From assembly GCA_018240785.1 (NCBI GenBank), contig JAFEFC010000029.1, positions 3,865-67,864 on the forward strand: a stretch of DNA of 64,000 nucleotides. The letters run 5' to 3'. Positions 30,101 through 38,530 of the stretch are shown piece by piece; the stretch's first letter is position 1, and each line of letters starts with the position of its first letter. Source of the stretch: Pseudomonadota bacterium (GTDB lineage: Bacteria; Pseudomonadota; Gammaproteobacteria; Burkholderiales; Rhodocyclaceae). A program made the translations under genes and the position numbers. The notes under the pieces were generated by a model. The model was not told where the DNA came from. It ran no database searches and saw only the letters and a list, made by a program, of their open reading frames with translations.

Positions 30101-32620
30101 GGCCAGGTCGGCGAGCTGACGCCGGGCCTGCTGGAGGCAGCGACACGCTCGGCCCTGCTCGACTACGCGCTGCAGGTGGCGCAATGGGCGGACGACCGCT
30201 TCGGCCCCGCCGGCAGCCCGCGCCGCGCCTCCGTCACCTGCCTGCTGGTGGGGACCGGCGCCGGCGGCATGCCGGTGCGCGACTCCATCGAGGCGATGCT
30301 GCGCGGCGCGGTCGCCGCCAACGCGCGGCTGGTCGAAGCCGAGCTGGACGGCCAGGTGACGATCGCCGAGATCGAGTTCCTCGAGCTGTACGAGGACGTG
30401 GCGATCAATGCCGCCGCCGGCCTGGCGCAGATCCTCACCAGCGGCGAGCTTGCGGCGACGGTGAGCTGGCCCGCACGCCAGGTCGAGCCCGGCGTGGGCG
30501 GCCACCGCCGGGTGCGCTTCGAGGACGCGCCCGAGTGGTGGCACCGCCTCGAGATCGCCGAAGACGAAAACCGCGCCGATGTGCTGCGCTTCGTGTTCGC
30601 CACCGACCGCGCGCGCGCCGAGGAGACCTTGTCCACCGGCCAGCTCGCGCTGGCGGACGCGTTCATCCGCAGCGCCTCGCGCTCGGCCCGGGCCAACCCT
30701 GAAGCCGCGCGCACCCTGTTCGAGATGCTGCTGCCGCTGCGCCTGCGCGAGATGGCGCCGCGCCAGAGCGACCTGGTGCTACTGGTCGATGAGCGCTCGG
30801 CGCGCTATCCCTGGGAGCTGCTCGAAGACCGCTGGAGCGCCAACGGCCGGCCGCCAGCGGTGGCCTGCGGCCTGGTGCGGCAGCTCAAGTCGCAGACCTT
30901 CCGCGCGCGCCCGGCGCATGCCTTCGAGGCGCGCGCACTGGTGATCGGCCATCCCGACCTGCAGGGCTGGGACAAGTTCAGCGACCTGCCGGGGGCGCGC
31001 GAGGAAGCGCGCCGCGTGGCCGACCTGCTGGCTGGCAGCGAATTCCGCGTGACCGACAGCATCGACGAAGGCACCGACGCCATCATCGAGAACCTGCACC
31101 GCGACGCCTGGCGCATCCTGCACCTGGCCGGCCATGGCGCGCACGAGTACGAGCTTGCGCAGCCGCCGGCGGTTGCCGGCGCGCTGCAAGCCGCAACGGC
31201 TTGCCAGCCTGCGGTGCGCAAGGTCTCCGGCATGGTGATCGGCAAGGAGGTGTTCCTGACCCCGGGCGACATCGAGCAGATGCGCTGGGTGCCCGAGCTG
31301 GTGTTCATCAACTGCTGCCACCTGGGCAAGACGCTGTCGACCGAACCGTCCGACCGCGGCGCGCTGGCCGCCAACCTGGGCGTGCAGTTCATCCGCATGG
31401 GCGTGCGCGCGGTGGTCGCCGCCGGCTGGGCGGTGGACGACGGCGCGGCGCTGACCTTCGCCGAAGCCTTCTACGCCCGCATGCTGGCCGGCGAGGCCTT
31501 CGGCGACGCGGTCCGTGCCGCGCGCGAGGAAGCCTGGCGGCGCCATCCGGGCGTCAATACCTGGGGCGCCTACCAGTGCTACGGCGACCCGGCCTTCCGC
31601 CTGCGGCGCGATGCCGGCTCGCGGCCGCGCCCGCGCACGCCGTATGCGGCAGTCTCGGAACTGGTCGCCGACCTCGACAACCTCGCCTGCAGCCTGCACG
31701 CCAGCGGCACGGACGATGACGCGGCGGCCGCGATCGACGCACGGCTGGCACGCATTCCCGATGGCCAGCACGACAACTGGCTGAAGCTCGGGGAAGTGCG
31801 CGCGGCGCTCGGCTTTGCCTGGGGCGAAGCGCGGCGCTGGGACGAAGCCATCGACTGGCTGGGCCAGGCGCTGGACGCCGACAAGGGCAGCTGCCCGCTG
31901 CGCGCCGCCGAGCAACGCGCAAACTACATCGTGCGCCGCGCCGCCGACGCCTGGCAGGCGGCCGAGGCCGGCACGACGCTGGCCGCCGAAGACCGGACGC
32001 GGCTGCTGCAGGCGGTGCACGACGCGATCGACGACCTCGATCGCCTCGCGCGCAACGGCGAAACCGAGGAAAGGCTGAGCCTGCTGGGCAGCGCCTGCAA
32101 GCGCCAGGCCCTGATCGAGGATGACGCGGCGCGGCGGGCCGATGCCTTGCGGCGCATGGCGGATTACTACCAGCGCGCGTTCAAGCGCAGCGACTGCTCG
32201 AAAGCCTACGCCTTCACGAACTGGGCCACCGCGGCAGTGCTGGCGGGCCTGCCGCAGGACGAGGCAGCGCGCACCCAATGGCAGACGCAGTTCCAGCAGG
32301 ACGCCGAACGCCTGTCTGCGCTGACGCAGCACAGCAATGATGCCGATCCCAGCTTCTGGGACGCTGCCGCCCTCGGCGACATCGCCCTGGCGCGCCTGCT
32401 CGCCCGTTTTGGTCCGGACACCGCGGCATTGCTGCCGGCGGAGGCCGAAGCGCTGGCGGACATGGTGATCGCGCGTTATCGGGATGCGATCGAGCGCGGC
32501 GCCAGTCCGCGCGAGCGCAGTTCGGTGGTCGAGAACCTCGATTTCATCCTCGCGCTGGCAGGTGCCGCCACAGGCGCGCTGGGCACCACGCTGCAGCGCA
32601 TCCGCGCCACGCTGCCCTGA
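27110..32620 (+). CDS. 1,836-aa multidomain protein: unknown N-domain + alpha/beta-hydrolase 1 + LCAT/lipase-like alpha/beta-hydrolase 2 + unknown alpha/beta domain + CHAT protease + helical (TPR-like) C-terminus
   Basis: Start at ATG 27110 (GGAG seven nt upstream); the ORF-track start is 27035. Hydrolase 1 has [10 protein letters not shown] and the nucleophile elbow VSHSRGG (Ser codon 27860-27862), then DHDLVVN and VNHFSYF. Hydrolase 2 has [15 protein letters not shown] (Ser codon 29024-29026), REGDGTVS and [11 protein letters not shown] has ILHLAGHG (His codon 31133-31135) and [10 protein letters not shown] (Cys codons 31313-31318), ending in GAYQCYGDP. The final 320 aa or so are Ala/Leu/Asp/Arg-rich and helical. 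Confidence 0.8.
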   Translation: MAQRSFTLRGTTAQTAPPPVTTGVVVSSVRRLIPGRARDGVGGEMQVGADEVVRIELENGFVLWSRADSLVREHGRLSLSRDGGEAWEFDSLVGTPGSRGAGAARDERGLVGLGIRVLDFFGIDLAKHTAAELSTWFEDKQLHPDGPGLYRCPLDDGFALHKLGANESVPPGAPMLLFLHGTASSTEGSFGKLWDAANTAASEVRTRLRQVYGENVYALEHRSLTESPIQNALALAESLPKGAQLHLVSHSRGGLVGELLCLTGSAQATELLTADTLEALFRTDRTIAPQLGLFPLGAGEKKARDDAYRQDCARLAKLLETLRSRSITVQRFVRVACPARGTTLASGRLDRWLSVLGFVAGHAAGADLFAGGLDFLLAVVKERTDPRTLPGLEAMMPGSALTRLLQHPDLLTTADLSVIAGDIEGDSLWQKIKLVAADWFYGADHDLVVNTGSMSGGLRRPPSGARFRQDKGADVNHFSYFRNARSLQWLQAGLLRAEGDAGGFLPIEAAPSAPPRWREAVQRSRADDTPRPLAIVLPGTMGSALSVRGDRVWLNYWALLRGGLKRISSTASDVAPVDLLDDFYGPLLEFLSQTHRVEVFPYDWRMSVTEAATKLAQRLADWLPLAERQGQPVHVVAHSMGGLVVRAMIADGGPGKALWERIRRLPNSRFLMLGTPNLGSHEAVRWLTGFNPTEAKLALLDFTQGTDDIIGIVRDYPGLLELLPFADAALPFAKQDVWKRICSETRAAWKIATAPRLSDAARTWTRLRAAAPDPLMRYVAGCQPATVIDYRLVEDETLGRQGSRRIEFLATREGDGTVSWASGRLPGVDTWYVEDTAHDALCTQRRAFAAYLELLQTGTTKRLPAAPPARARGAEGEAPVFVLPASPPADGIPGEGQVSRLGFGGELPEEDDARAPVPTISVSIRHGDLSYARHPVVVGHYLGDTIVSAEKMLDHRLGNALSRRHFLGLYPGRLHTHALFFHPRKEGKPGGAIVIGLGQVGELTPGLLEAATRSALLDYALQVAQWADDRFGPAGSPRRASVTCLLVGTGAGGMPVRDSIEAMLRGAVAANARLVEAELDGQVTIAEIEFLELYEDVAINAAAGLAQILTSGELAATVSWPARQVEPGVGGHRRVRFEDAPEWWHRLEIAEDENRADVLRFVFATDRARAEETLSTGQLALADAFIRSASRSARANPEAARTLFEMLLPLRLREMAPRQSDLVLLVDERSARYPWELLEDRWSANGRPPAVACGLVRQLKSQTFRARPAHAFEARALVIGHPDLQGWDKFSDLPGAREEARRVADLLAGSEFRVTDSIDEGTDAIIENLHRDAWRILHLAGHGAHEYELAQPPAVAGALQAATACQPAVRKVSGMVIGKEVFLTPGDIEQMRWVPELVFINCCHLGKTLSTEPSDRGALAANLGVQFIRMGVRAVVAAGWAVDDGAALTFAEAFYARMLAGEAFGDAVRAAREEAWRRHPGVNTWGAYQCYGDPAFRLRRDAGSRPRPRTPYAAVSELVADLDNLACSLHASGTDDDAAAAIDARLARIPDGQHDNWLKLGEVRAALGFAWGEARRWDEAIDWLGQALDADKGSCPLRAAEQRANYIVRRAADAWQAAEAGTTLAAEDRTRLLQAVHDAIDDLDRLARNGETEERLSLLGSACKRQALIEDDAARRADALRRMADYYQRAFKRSDCSKAYAFTNWATAAVLAGLPQDEAARTQWQTQFQQDAERLSALTQHSNDADPSFWDAAALGDIALARLLARFGPDTAALLPAEAEALADMVIARYRDAIERGASPRERSSVVENLDFILALAGAATGALGTTLQRIRATLP

Positions 32621-32649
32621 GCACGCGGGCAAGCTCGTCAGCCGCGTGA

Positions 32650-32702
32650 GGGAGCGGACCTGGGCGCGATCCCGATCAAGGATCGTGCCCAGGTCCGCTC
32701 CC
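32650..32702 (+). terminator. 22-bp-stem hairpin 30 nt after the giant gene stop (no U-tract)
   Basis: GGGAGCGGACCTGGGCGCGATC, loop ccgatcaag, then GATCGTGCCCAGGTCCGCTCCC, with one mismatch. It is not followed by a T run, so it may be a factor-dependent terminator or a structural element. Confidence 0.5.
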
Positions 32703-32861
32703 GCATGGCATCCCCCGGTTGCGCATTCCTCGCGGCGCGGCGGCGCGGCCGGGTTGATGCGCCGGGTTGATGCGTTTTGCGGCCGCCCGCCGCACAGGTA
32801 GACTAGGGCGTTGTCGCCCGCGGGCCGCAGTGCCCGATTCATTCCCCAAAAGGAGTTCCCC

Positions 32862-33833
32862 ATGCCCTTCGCCAAGCCCTGCACCACGCTGCTGAGCGCC
32901 CTGATCCTGTCTTTCGCGATCGCCGCCCCGGCGCTCGCGCAACAGAAGTCCGTCGCGGTGACGGCGATCGTCGAGCATCCGGCGCTCGACTCGGTGCGCG
33001 ACGGGGTCAAGGAAGGCCTCGCCGCGGCGGGCTTCGAGGAAGGCAAGAACCTGAAGTGGCAGTACCAGAGCGCGCAAGGCAACACCGGCACGGCCGCCCA
33101 GATCGCGCGCAAGTTCGTCGGCGACAGGCCCGACGTGATCGTCGCCATCGCCACGCCTTCGGCCCAGGCCGTCGCCGCAGCGACCAAGGAAATCCCGCTG
33201 GTGTATTCGGCGGTGACCGACCCGATGGCCGCGCAACTGGTGCCGTCGATGGCGGCTTCGGGCAACAACGTCACCGGCGTGTCCGACGTGCTCGAACTCG
33301 ACAAGCAGATCGCGCTGATGAAGCAGATCGTGCCGACGGCCAAGCGCGTGGGCGTGGTGTACAACCCGGGCGAAGCGAATTCGGTGGTGGTGGTGAAGGC
33401 GCTGCGCGAGGCGCTGCCCAAGCAGGGCATGACCCTGGTCGAAGCCGCCGCGCCGCGCACGGTGGATGTGGGCTCCGCGGCGCGCAGCCTGATCGGCAAG
33501 GTGGACCTCTTCTACACCAGCACCGACAACAACGTGGTGTCGGCCTATGAATCGCTGGTGAAGGTCGGCAACGACGCCAAGATCCCGATGATCGCCGCCG
33601 ACACCGACAGCGTGAAGCGCGGCGCCATCGCGGCGCTGGGCATCGACTACCGCAACCTCGGCCGCCAGACCGGCGCCATGGTCGCGCGCATCCTGAAGGG
33701 CGAGAAGCCGGGCACGATCGCCTCGGAGACCAGTTCCAAGCTCGAGCTGTTCGTGAATCCGGGCGCGGCCGAGAAGCAGGGTGTCAAGCTGTCCGAGTCC
33801 GTGCTGAAGTCGGCGGCACAGATCGTCAAGTAA
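32862..33833 (+). CDS. ABC transporter substrate-binding protein (COG2984 / ABC_sub_bind family)
   Basis: AAAGGAG RBS. Signal peptide MPFAKPCTTLLSALILSFAIAAPALA. VAVTAIVEHPALDSVRDGVKEGL..VIVAIATPSAQA is typical of this family. Confidence 0.8.
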   Translation: MPFAKPCTTLLSALILSFAIAAPALAQQKSVAVTAIVEHPALDSVRDGVKEGLAAAGFEEGKNLKWQYQSAQGNTGTAAQIARKFVGDRPDVIVAIATPSAQAVAAATKEIPLVYSAVTDPMAAQLVPSMAASGNNVTGVSDVLELDKQIALMKQIVPTAKRVGVVYNPGEANSVVVVKALREALPKQGMTLVEAAAPRTVDVGSAARSLIGKVDLFYTSTDNNVVSAYESLVKVGNDAKIPMIAADTDSVKRGAIAALGIDYRNLGRQTGAMVARILKGEKPGTIASETSSKLELFVNPGAAEKQGVKLSESVLKSAAQIVK

Positions 33834-33909
33834 TCGCAGCGAACGATCCGCGGCCGGCGATGGCGCCGGCCGCGGCCGCCTGCCTCCAGACCCTCATCGG
33901 TAATCCTCC

Positions 33910-34800
33910 ATGTCGCTCTATACCCTGCTCGGGGCATTCGAGATCGGGCTGATCTTCAGCCTCGTCGCGCTGGGCGTGTACATCTCGTTCCGGCTGCTGC
34001 GCTTTCCCGACCTCACCGTGGATGGCAGCTTCCCGCTCGGCGGCGCGGTTGCCGCCACGATGATTTCCAGCGGCTCCGACCCCTTCCTCGCCACCATCGT
34101 GGCGACCATCGCCGGCGCGGTGGCCGGCCTGATCACCGGCTGGCTCAACATCCGGCTGAAGATCATGGATCTGCTCGCGAGCATCCTGATGATGATCGCG
34201 CTGTACTCGATCAACCTGCGCATCATGGGCAAGCCCAACGTGCCGCTGATCACCGAGCCCACCGTGTTCTCGGTGCTGCAGCCCGATTCGATCTCCGACT
34301 ACGTGCTGCGCCCGCTGCTGCTGGTCGTGGTCGTGCTGGCGGCGAAATTCCTGCTCGACTGGTTCTTCTCGACGCAGACCGGCCTGGCGATGCGCGCCAC
34401 CGGCTCCAACGCGCGCATGGCCCGCGCGCAGGGCGTAAACACCGGCCTCATGGTGCTGGGCGGCATGGCGCTGTCGAACGCGCTCGTGGGCATGGCCGGC
34501 GCTCTGTTCGCGCAGACCCAGGGCGGCGCCGACATCTCGATGGGCGTGGGCACCATCGTCATCGGCCTCGCTGCGGTGATCGTCGGCGAAAGCCTGCTGC
34601 CGTCGCGCCGGCTCTACCTGGCGACGATCGCGGTGGTGGTCGGCGCCATCGTCTATCGCTTCTTCATCGCGCTGGCACTCAACAGCGATTTCATCGGCCT
34701 GCAGGCGCAGGATCTGAACCTGGTCACCGCGTTGCTGGTCACCGTGGCGCTGGTGGTGCCCAAGCTGCGCCAGCACTGGTCGGGCAAGAAGGGGAACTGA
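33910..34800 (+). CDS. ABC transporter permease (COG4120)
   Basis: 296 aa, multi-TM. GLIFSLVALGVYISFRLLRFPDLTVDGSFPLGGA is characteristic of the partner permease. Confidence 0.8.
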   Translation: MSLYTLLGAFEIGLIFSLVALGVYISFRLLRFPDLTVDGSFPLGGAVAATMISSGSDPFLATIVATIAGAVAGLITGWLNIRLKIMDLLASILMMIALYSINLRIMGKPNVPLITEPTVFSVLQPDSISDYVLRPLLLVVVVLAAKFLLDWFFSTQTGLAMRATGSNARMARAQGVNTGLMVLGGMALSNALVGMAGALFAQTQGGADISMGVGTIVIGLAAVIVGESLLPSRRLYLATIAVVVGAIVYRFFIALALNSDFIGLQAQDLNLVTALLVTVALVVPKLRQHWSGKKGN

Positions 34801-34801
34801 A

Positions 34802-35596
34802 ATGTTGAGAGCACAGGATCTGCACATCACGTTCAACCCCGGCACGCCGATCGAGACGCGGGCACTTCGCGGCATGTCGCTCGACATCCCGTCGGGTCAG
34901 TTCGTCACCGTGATCGGCTCCAACGGCGCCGGCAAGTCCACCTTCCTCAACGCCGTCTCCGGCGAGCTCAAGGTCGACAGCGGCCGCATCGAGATCGACG
35001 GCATCGACATGACGCGCCAGCCGGTATGGGAGCGCGCCCGCCACGTCGCGCGCGTGTTCCAGGACCCGATGGCCGGCACCTGCGAGGACCTCACCATCGA
35101 GGAGAACATGGCGCTCGCCGAGATGCGCGGCCACAAGCGCGGCCTGGGCTGGGCAGTGAAGCCGGCGCTGCGCGACGAGTTCCGCGCGCAACTGGCGACG
35201 CTGGGCCTCGGCCTGGAGAACCGCCTGTCCGACCGCATCGGTCTGCTGTCGGGGGGCCAGCGCCAGGCGGTGAGCCTGCTGATGGCGGCGCTGCGCCCGT
35301 CGCGCCTGCTGCTGCTCGACGAGCACACCGCGGCGCTCGACCCGCGCACCGCCGATTTCGTGCTGCAACTGACGGTGCGCATCGTCGCCGAGCACAAGCT
35401 CACGACGATGATGGTGACCCACAGCATGCGCCAGGCGCTGGACGTGGGCGAGCGCACCGTGATGCTGCACCAGGGCAAGGTGGTGCTCGACGTGTCCGGC
35501 GACGAGCGCAAGGGCATGACGGTGAAGGACCTGCTGGCGATGTTCGAGCGCGTGCGCGGCGAACAGATCGACGACGACGCCCTGCTGCTGGGCTGA
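34802..35596 (+). CDS. ABC transporter ATP-binding protein (COG1101)
   Basis: Walker A GSNGAGKST; signature LSGGQRQAVSLLMA; Walker B LLLLDEHTAALD. Confidence 0.85.
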   Translation: MLRAQDLHITFNPGTPIETRALRGMSLDIPSGQFVTVIGSNGAGKSTFLNAVSGELKVDSGRIEIDGIDMTRQPVWERARHVARVFQDPMAGTCEDLTIEENMALAEMRGHKRGLGWAVKPALRDEFRAQLATLGLGLENRLSDRIGLLSGGQRQAVSLLMAALRPSRLLLLDEHTAALDPRTADFVLQLTVRIVAEHKLTTMMVTHSMRQALDVGERTVMLHQGKVVLDVSGDERKGMTVKDLLAMFERVRGEQIDDDALLLG

Positions 35597-35603
35597 GCGC
35601 AGG

Positions 35604-36623
35604 TCAGCGCGGCAACTGGCGCGCGACGAAGGCCCACGCCATCTTCGAGGCGTCCGGGCCGTGCGCATCGCTGAACGGCTGGCGCGCATCGCCGCCACTC
35701 CAGGCATGGCCCAGGCCTTCGACCAGGCACAGGCTGGCGATGGTCCTTCGCTTCAGCTTGAAGTCGGTCACGGTTGCCGGATGGCGCTTGCCGCGCTGCA
35801 AGGCACGCGGTTCGGCGGCGACCGCGCCAGCCGCCGCCGCCCACGACTGCACGGCGGCAATGCCGTTGCCCGGCGCAACGACCGGATCGCGGTCGCCCTG
35901 GATGACGAGCAGCGGCGGCAGGGGCTGCGACGTCACGGGCAGCGCGGGGTCGCGTCGCCCGCCCATCGCCGCCAGCGCCGATGCGGCCGAATGTGCGGCC
36001 CCCGGCGCCACGCCCGAGTGCATCACCACCGCGCGGAAGCGCGCGGGATGCAGGCTGGCGAGCAGCGCCGCCATGCCCGCCCCGGCCGACAGCCCGGCCA
36101 CGGCGATCGCCGCCGGGTCCACCGGATACAGCAGGCAGACCTGGTCGATCGCCGCCATCAGGGTCGCCGCCTCGGCCTGTGCCTGGCGCGTGACGGTGCC
36201 GTACCAGTCCCAGCAACCCTGCGGATTCACGCGTCGGTCCTGCTCCGGATACAGCACCAGGAAGCGCTCGCGCACCGCCAGCCGGTTCATGCGCGTGCTG
36301 CGCGCGAAGCTCGCCGCGCTCTGGCCGCAGCCGTGCAGCATCACCATCAGCGGCAGGCGGTCGGCGTTCGTCACGCCCGGCGGACGGAACAGGAAGAAGC
36401 GGCGCATGCCGCCGGCGCCGATGGCCTGGCCGCTGATCCAGTCGCCCGGGCCGGGCGGCGGCCGCAGTTGCTCCGCGGCCGCGTCCACCGCCCGCTTCGC
36501 CAGCGTGCCGGCCATGCGGCTGCCGCTGCGCAAGGTGGCGCGCGTCATCGCCGTCACCGCGCGCTGCAGCGACTTGCCCAGCGCGGATCCGGCCAGCGGC
36601 GAGCGGCGCAGGCGCTTGCTCAC
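35604..36623 (-). CDS. PHB depolymerase family esterase (LpqC-like alpha/beta hydrolase)
   Basis: LPLMVMLHGCGQSAASF..CWDWY..AVAGLSAGAGMAA (GLSAG nucleophile elbow) ..VMHSG. The start overlaps the stop of the upstream peptidase gene by 4 nt. Confidence 0.75.
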   Translation of the reverse strand: MSKRLRRSPLAGSALGKSLQRAVTAMTRATLRSGSRMAGTLAKRAVDAAAEQLRPPPGPGDWISGQAIGAGGMRRFFLFRPPGVTNADRLPLMVMLHGCGQSAASFARSTRMNRLAVRERFLVLYPEQDRRVNPQGCWDWYGTVTRQAQAEAATLMAAIDQVCLLYPVDPAAIAVAGLSAGAGMAALLASLHPARFRAVVMHSGVAPGAAHSAASALAAMGGRRDPALPVTSQPLPPLLVIQGDRDPVVAPGNGIAAVQSWAAAAGAVAAEPRALQRGKRHPATVTDFKLKRRTIASLCLVEGLGHAWSGGDARQPFSDAHGPDASKMAWAFVARQLPR

Positions 36624-37642
36624 GGGCTGGCCGGTGGCGGCGCCGCGGTCGGTCGGCGGCGCTGACGCTTGCGGGCGGCGGAAGCGGCGTCGTCGATGCG
36701 GCGCAGCGTGGCGCGCGCGCTGTCGGCGATCGCACCCTCCGTGCCGGCGCGCTCGACCGCCTTCACTGCCGCGGCGCGCGCCTCCGCACGGCGGCCCAGC
36801 TCGAGCAGCACAGTCGCAAGATTGTTGTAGGCCGCAGCGGCGTCATGCCGCTGCGCGGCAGCGGCGAAGGCGCGGCGCGCACCGTCGAGGTCGCCGGCGG
36901 CGTAGCTGGCGTTGCCCAGCCCCATCGCCAGCGTCAGGCTGCCCGGCCAACGCGCCAGCCCTGCGGCGTAGGCCTGCGCCGCCTGGCGTGGCAGCGCGGT
37001 GCGCTCGAAGGCAACCAGGGCACGGGTGGCCTCCGCTTCGTCGGCGGTCGCCGGCAGCCTGTCAGGCGGCAGCGCGACGAAGGCCCAGCGCTGCGCCCGG
37101 TCCCAGGTGTGCTCGAAGGTCGACAACGGCAGTTCCTGGCGCTCGATCGGACCGGAGCGCAGCAGGAAATCACCCGCGTCGAGGTCGTAGCCGATCACCA
37201 GCGCGTAATGCCAGGACGGCGCCCACGACAGCCCCAGGTTCTGCAGCACCACCACCGGGTTGCCCGCGGCGGTCTCGCGCATCACCGCCTCCAGCGTGCC
37301 GGGAATCACCGTCGCCACCGCGCCCGAACGGCGCGCGCCGGCGAGCATCTCGATCTGCAGCGAGCCCTCGCGACCGGGCAGGAAGACCTTGCCGGTGAGG
37401 GCCTCCGGCCGCGTCGGCAGGCCCACCGCGCTGAGCGCGGAGGCAAGCGCCGCCGGGCCGCACTGGTACTCCTCCTGCGGGAAGAAGGGCGTGGCGCTCA
37501 GCTCCACCCGTCGCGGCAGTCCGTCCGGCGGCGCAGCGAGCAGTCGCGGCGTCTGCACCGCGCAGCCAGCCAGCAGCCATGCCGCAGCCGCCGCCCCGCC
37601 CAGAAGGAAACGCCGCCTTGCGGCGGCGCTGCACCCCGGCAT
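36620..37642 (-). CDS. PA2778 family cysteine peptidase (C39-like) lipoprotein with TPR C-terminus
   Basis: Lipobox LLAGC. PFFPQEEYQCGPAALASAL carries the papain-like catalytic Cys context, with WHYALVIGYD as the His block. C-terminal TPR-like repeats (YNNLATVLLELGRRAEA). Confidence 0.7.
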   Translation of the reverse strand: MPGCSAAARRRFLLGGAAAAAWLLAGCAVQTPRLLAAPPDGLPRRVELSATPFFPQEEYQCGPAALASALSAVGLPTRPEALTGKVFLPGREGSLQIEMLAGARRSGAVATVIPGTLEAVMRETAAGNPVVVLQNLGLSWAPSWHYALVIGYDLDAGDFLLRSGPIERQELPLSTFEHTWDRAQRWAFVALPPDRLPATADEAEATRALVAFERTALPRQAAQAYAAGLARWPGSLTLAMGLGNASYAAGDLDGARRAFAAAAQRHDAAAAYNNLATVLLELGRRAEARAAAVKAVERAGTEGAIADSARATLRRIDDAASAARKRQRRRPTAAPPPASP

Positions 37643-37653
37643 CGGACGCAGGC

Positions 37654-38049
37654 TCAGCGGATCGAGCGGGTGAAGGGGAAGACCTTGGTCAGCCCAAGGA
37701 TGTCGGTCAGCAGCAGCACGAAGAACACCAGCAGGATCGCGCCGATGATGCCGCCGGCCGGGGCGTCGTCCACCTGCTTGACCAGCGCCCCGGCTTCCTC
37801 GTCGGTGAGCGCGGCGATGCGCTCGCGCGCCTGGTCCTCGGTCAGGCCGTAGCGCTGCAGTTCGGCCTGCACCTCGGTACGCGCCAGCATGTCGTTGAGA
37901 CGCGCATGGCTGTCACCCGCCTGCTGCAACGCCGCGGCCTGGGCGACCTGTTCGGTGCTCACCATGGCAGCCTGCACGTTCTGGACCATGCTGACACCGG
38001 AAAAGCTGACGATGAGCAGGACGGACAGCAGCCGCTTGAACTCTTTCAT
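37654..38049 (-). CDS. PA2779 family protein (small exported, C-terminally membrane-anchored)
   Basis: 131 aa. Signal peptide MKEFKRLLSVLLIVSFSGVSMVQNVQA. Central helical region with ALTDEEAGAL. C-terminal PAGGIIGAILLVFFVLLLTDILGLTKVFPF. Start set at ATG 38049. Confidence 0.65.
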   Translation of the reverse strand: MKEFKRLLSVLLIVSFSGVSMVQNVQAAMVSTEQVAQAAALQQAGDSHARLNDMLARTEVQAELQRYGLTEDQARERIAALTDEEAGALVKQVDDAPAGGIIGAILLVFFVLLLTDILGLTKVFPFTRSIR

Positions 38050-38200
38050 GATGCACCTCGAATGGGATTGTTGGGGTTTTGGAACGGGATCCGGCTGCAG
38101 GCGCGGAGAAGACACAAGCTGCTGCGGCAGGCCTTCGCCCGTCAGGCGGGATGCTGCCATCGTCTGGCCTTGCACGGTGCATGTCGATTCATGCGGATAC

Positions 38201-38221
38201 AAAAATCGCCGCCCTGGCGAT
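38201..38221 (-). terminator. short rho-independent terminator candidate after the recBD / small ORF unit
   Basis: The minus strand reads ATCGCC-agggc-GGCGAT followed by TTTTT, 25 nt downstream of the stop at 38246. Confidence 0.4.
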
Positions 38222-38245
38222 GCGCCGGGCACCGGGTGCGGTGCG

Positions 38246-38530
38246 CTACTTCGTCGATTGCTCGCCCTCCTCACGCGCCACCGCGGACAGGTCGCGCAGG
38301 TACCAGGCGGCATAGGCGAAACCCGCCACCGCGACGAGCGCAGTGAACATCAGCGTGCGGTCGAAAGGAAGCCCGGCAGCAAGATTGACGACGACGACGT
38401 AGCCGAGATAGCAGCCGGCGAACAGGCCGCCGATGATGCGGATGAGCGCGAAAGTCTTGCGCTGCTTGAGGGTAGGCTGGGGCACGTGGAACTCCTGGTC
38501 GATGATCAGCGAAAGCCGGCCCGCGCGCAC
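38246..38530 (-). CDS. hypothetical small membrane protein (2 predicted TM helices)
   Basis: Two hydrophobic stretches, FALIRIIGGLFAGCYLGYVVVVNLAAGL and LMFTALVAVAGFAYAAWYL. The ATG overlaps the recD 3' end by 25 nt. I recognised no family. Confidence 0.4.
   Translation of the reverse strand: MRAGRLSLIIDQEFHVPQPTLKQRKTFALIRIIGGLFAGCYLGYVVVVNLAAGLPFDRTLMFTALVAVAGFAYAAWYLRDLSAVAREEGEQSTK

Noticed and set aside
32749-32774. Tandem duplication CCGGGTTGATGCG x2 upstream of the COG2984 ABC transporter
   Set aside because: It is real in the sequence but is a single 13-bp duplication about 90 nt from the start codon, too little to interpret. It could be a regulator site or a slippage duplication.
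27131-33499. Large ORFs overlapping the giant CHAT gene (27131..29023 minus, 630 aa; 27688..30702 plus in another frame, 1,004 aa; 30779..33499 minus, 906 aa)
   Set aside because: All are low-complexity and Arg/Ala/Gly/Pro-rich. The frame chosen for the giant gene is the only one with hydrolase and CHAT catalytic motifs and a normal amino-acid composition.
34897-37398. Long alternative-frame or antisense ORFs (34897..36735 minus, 612 aa; 35026..37398 plus, 790 aa) across the ABC ATPase, esterase and peptidase genes
   Set aside because: Their composition is Arg/Pro/Ala-dominated, and they cross gene boundaries of well-supported CDSs. No start or RBS support.
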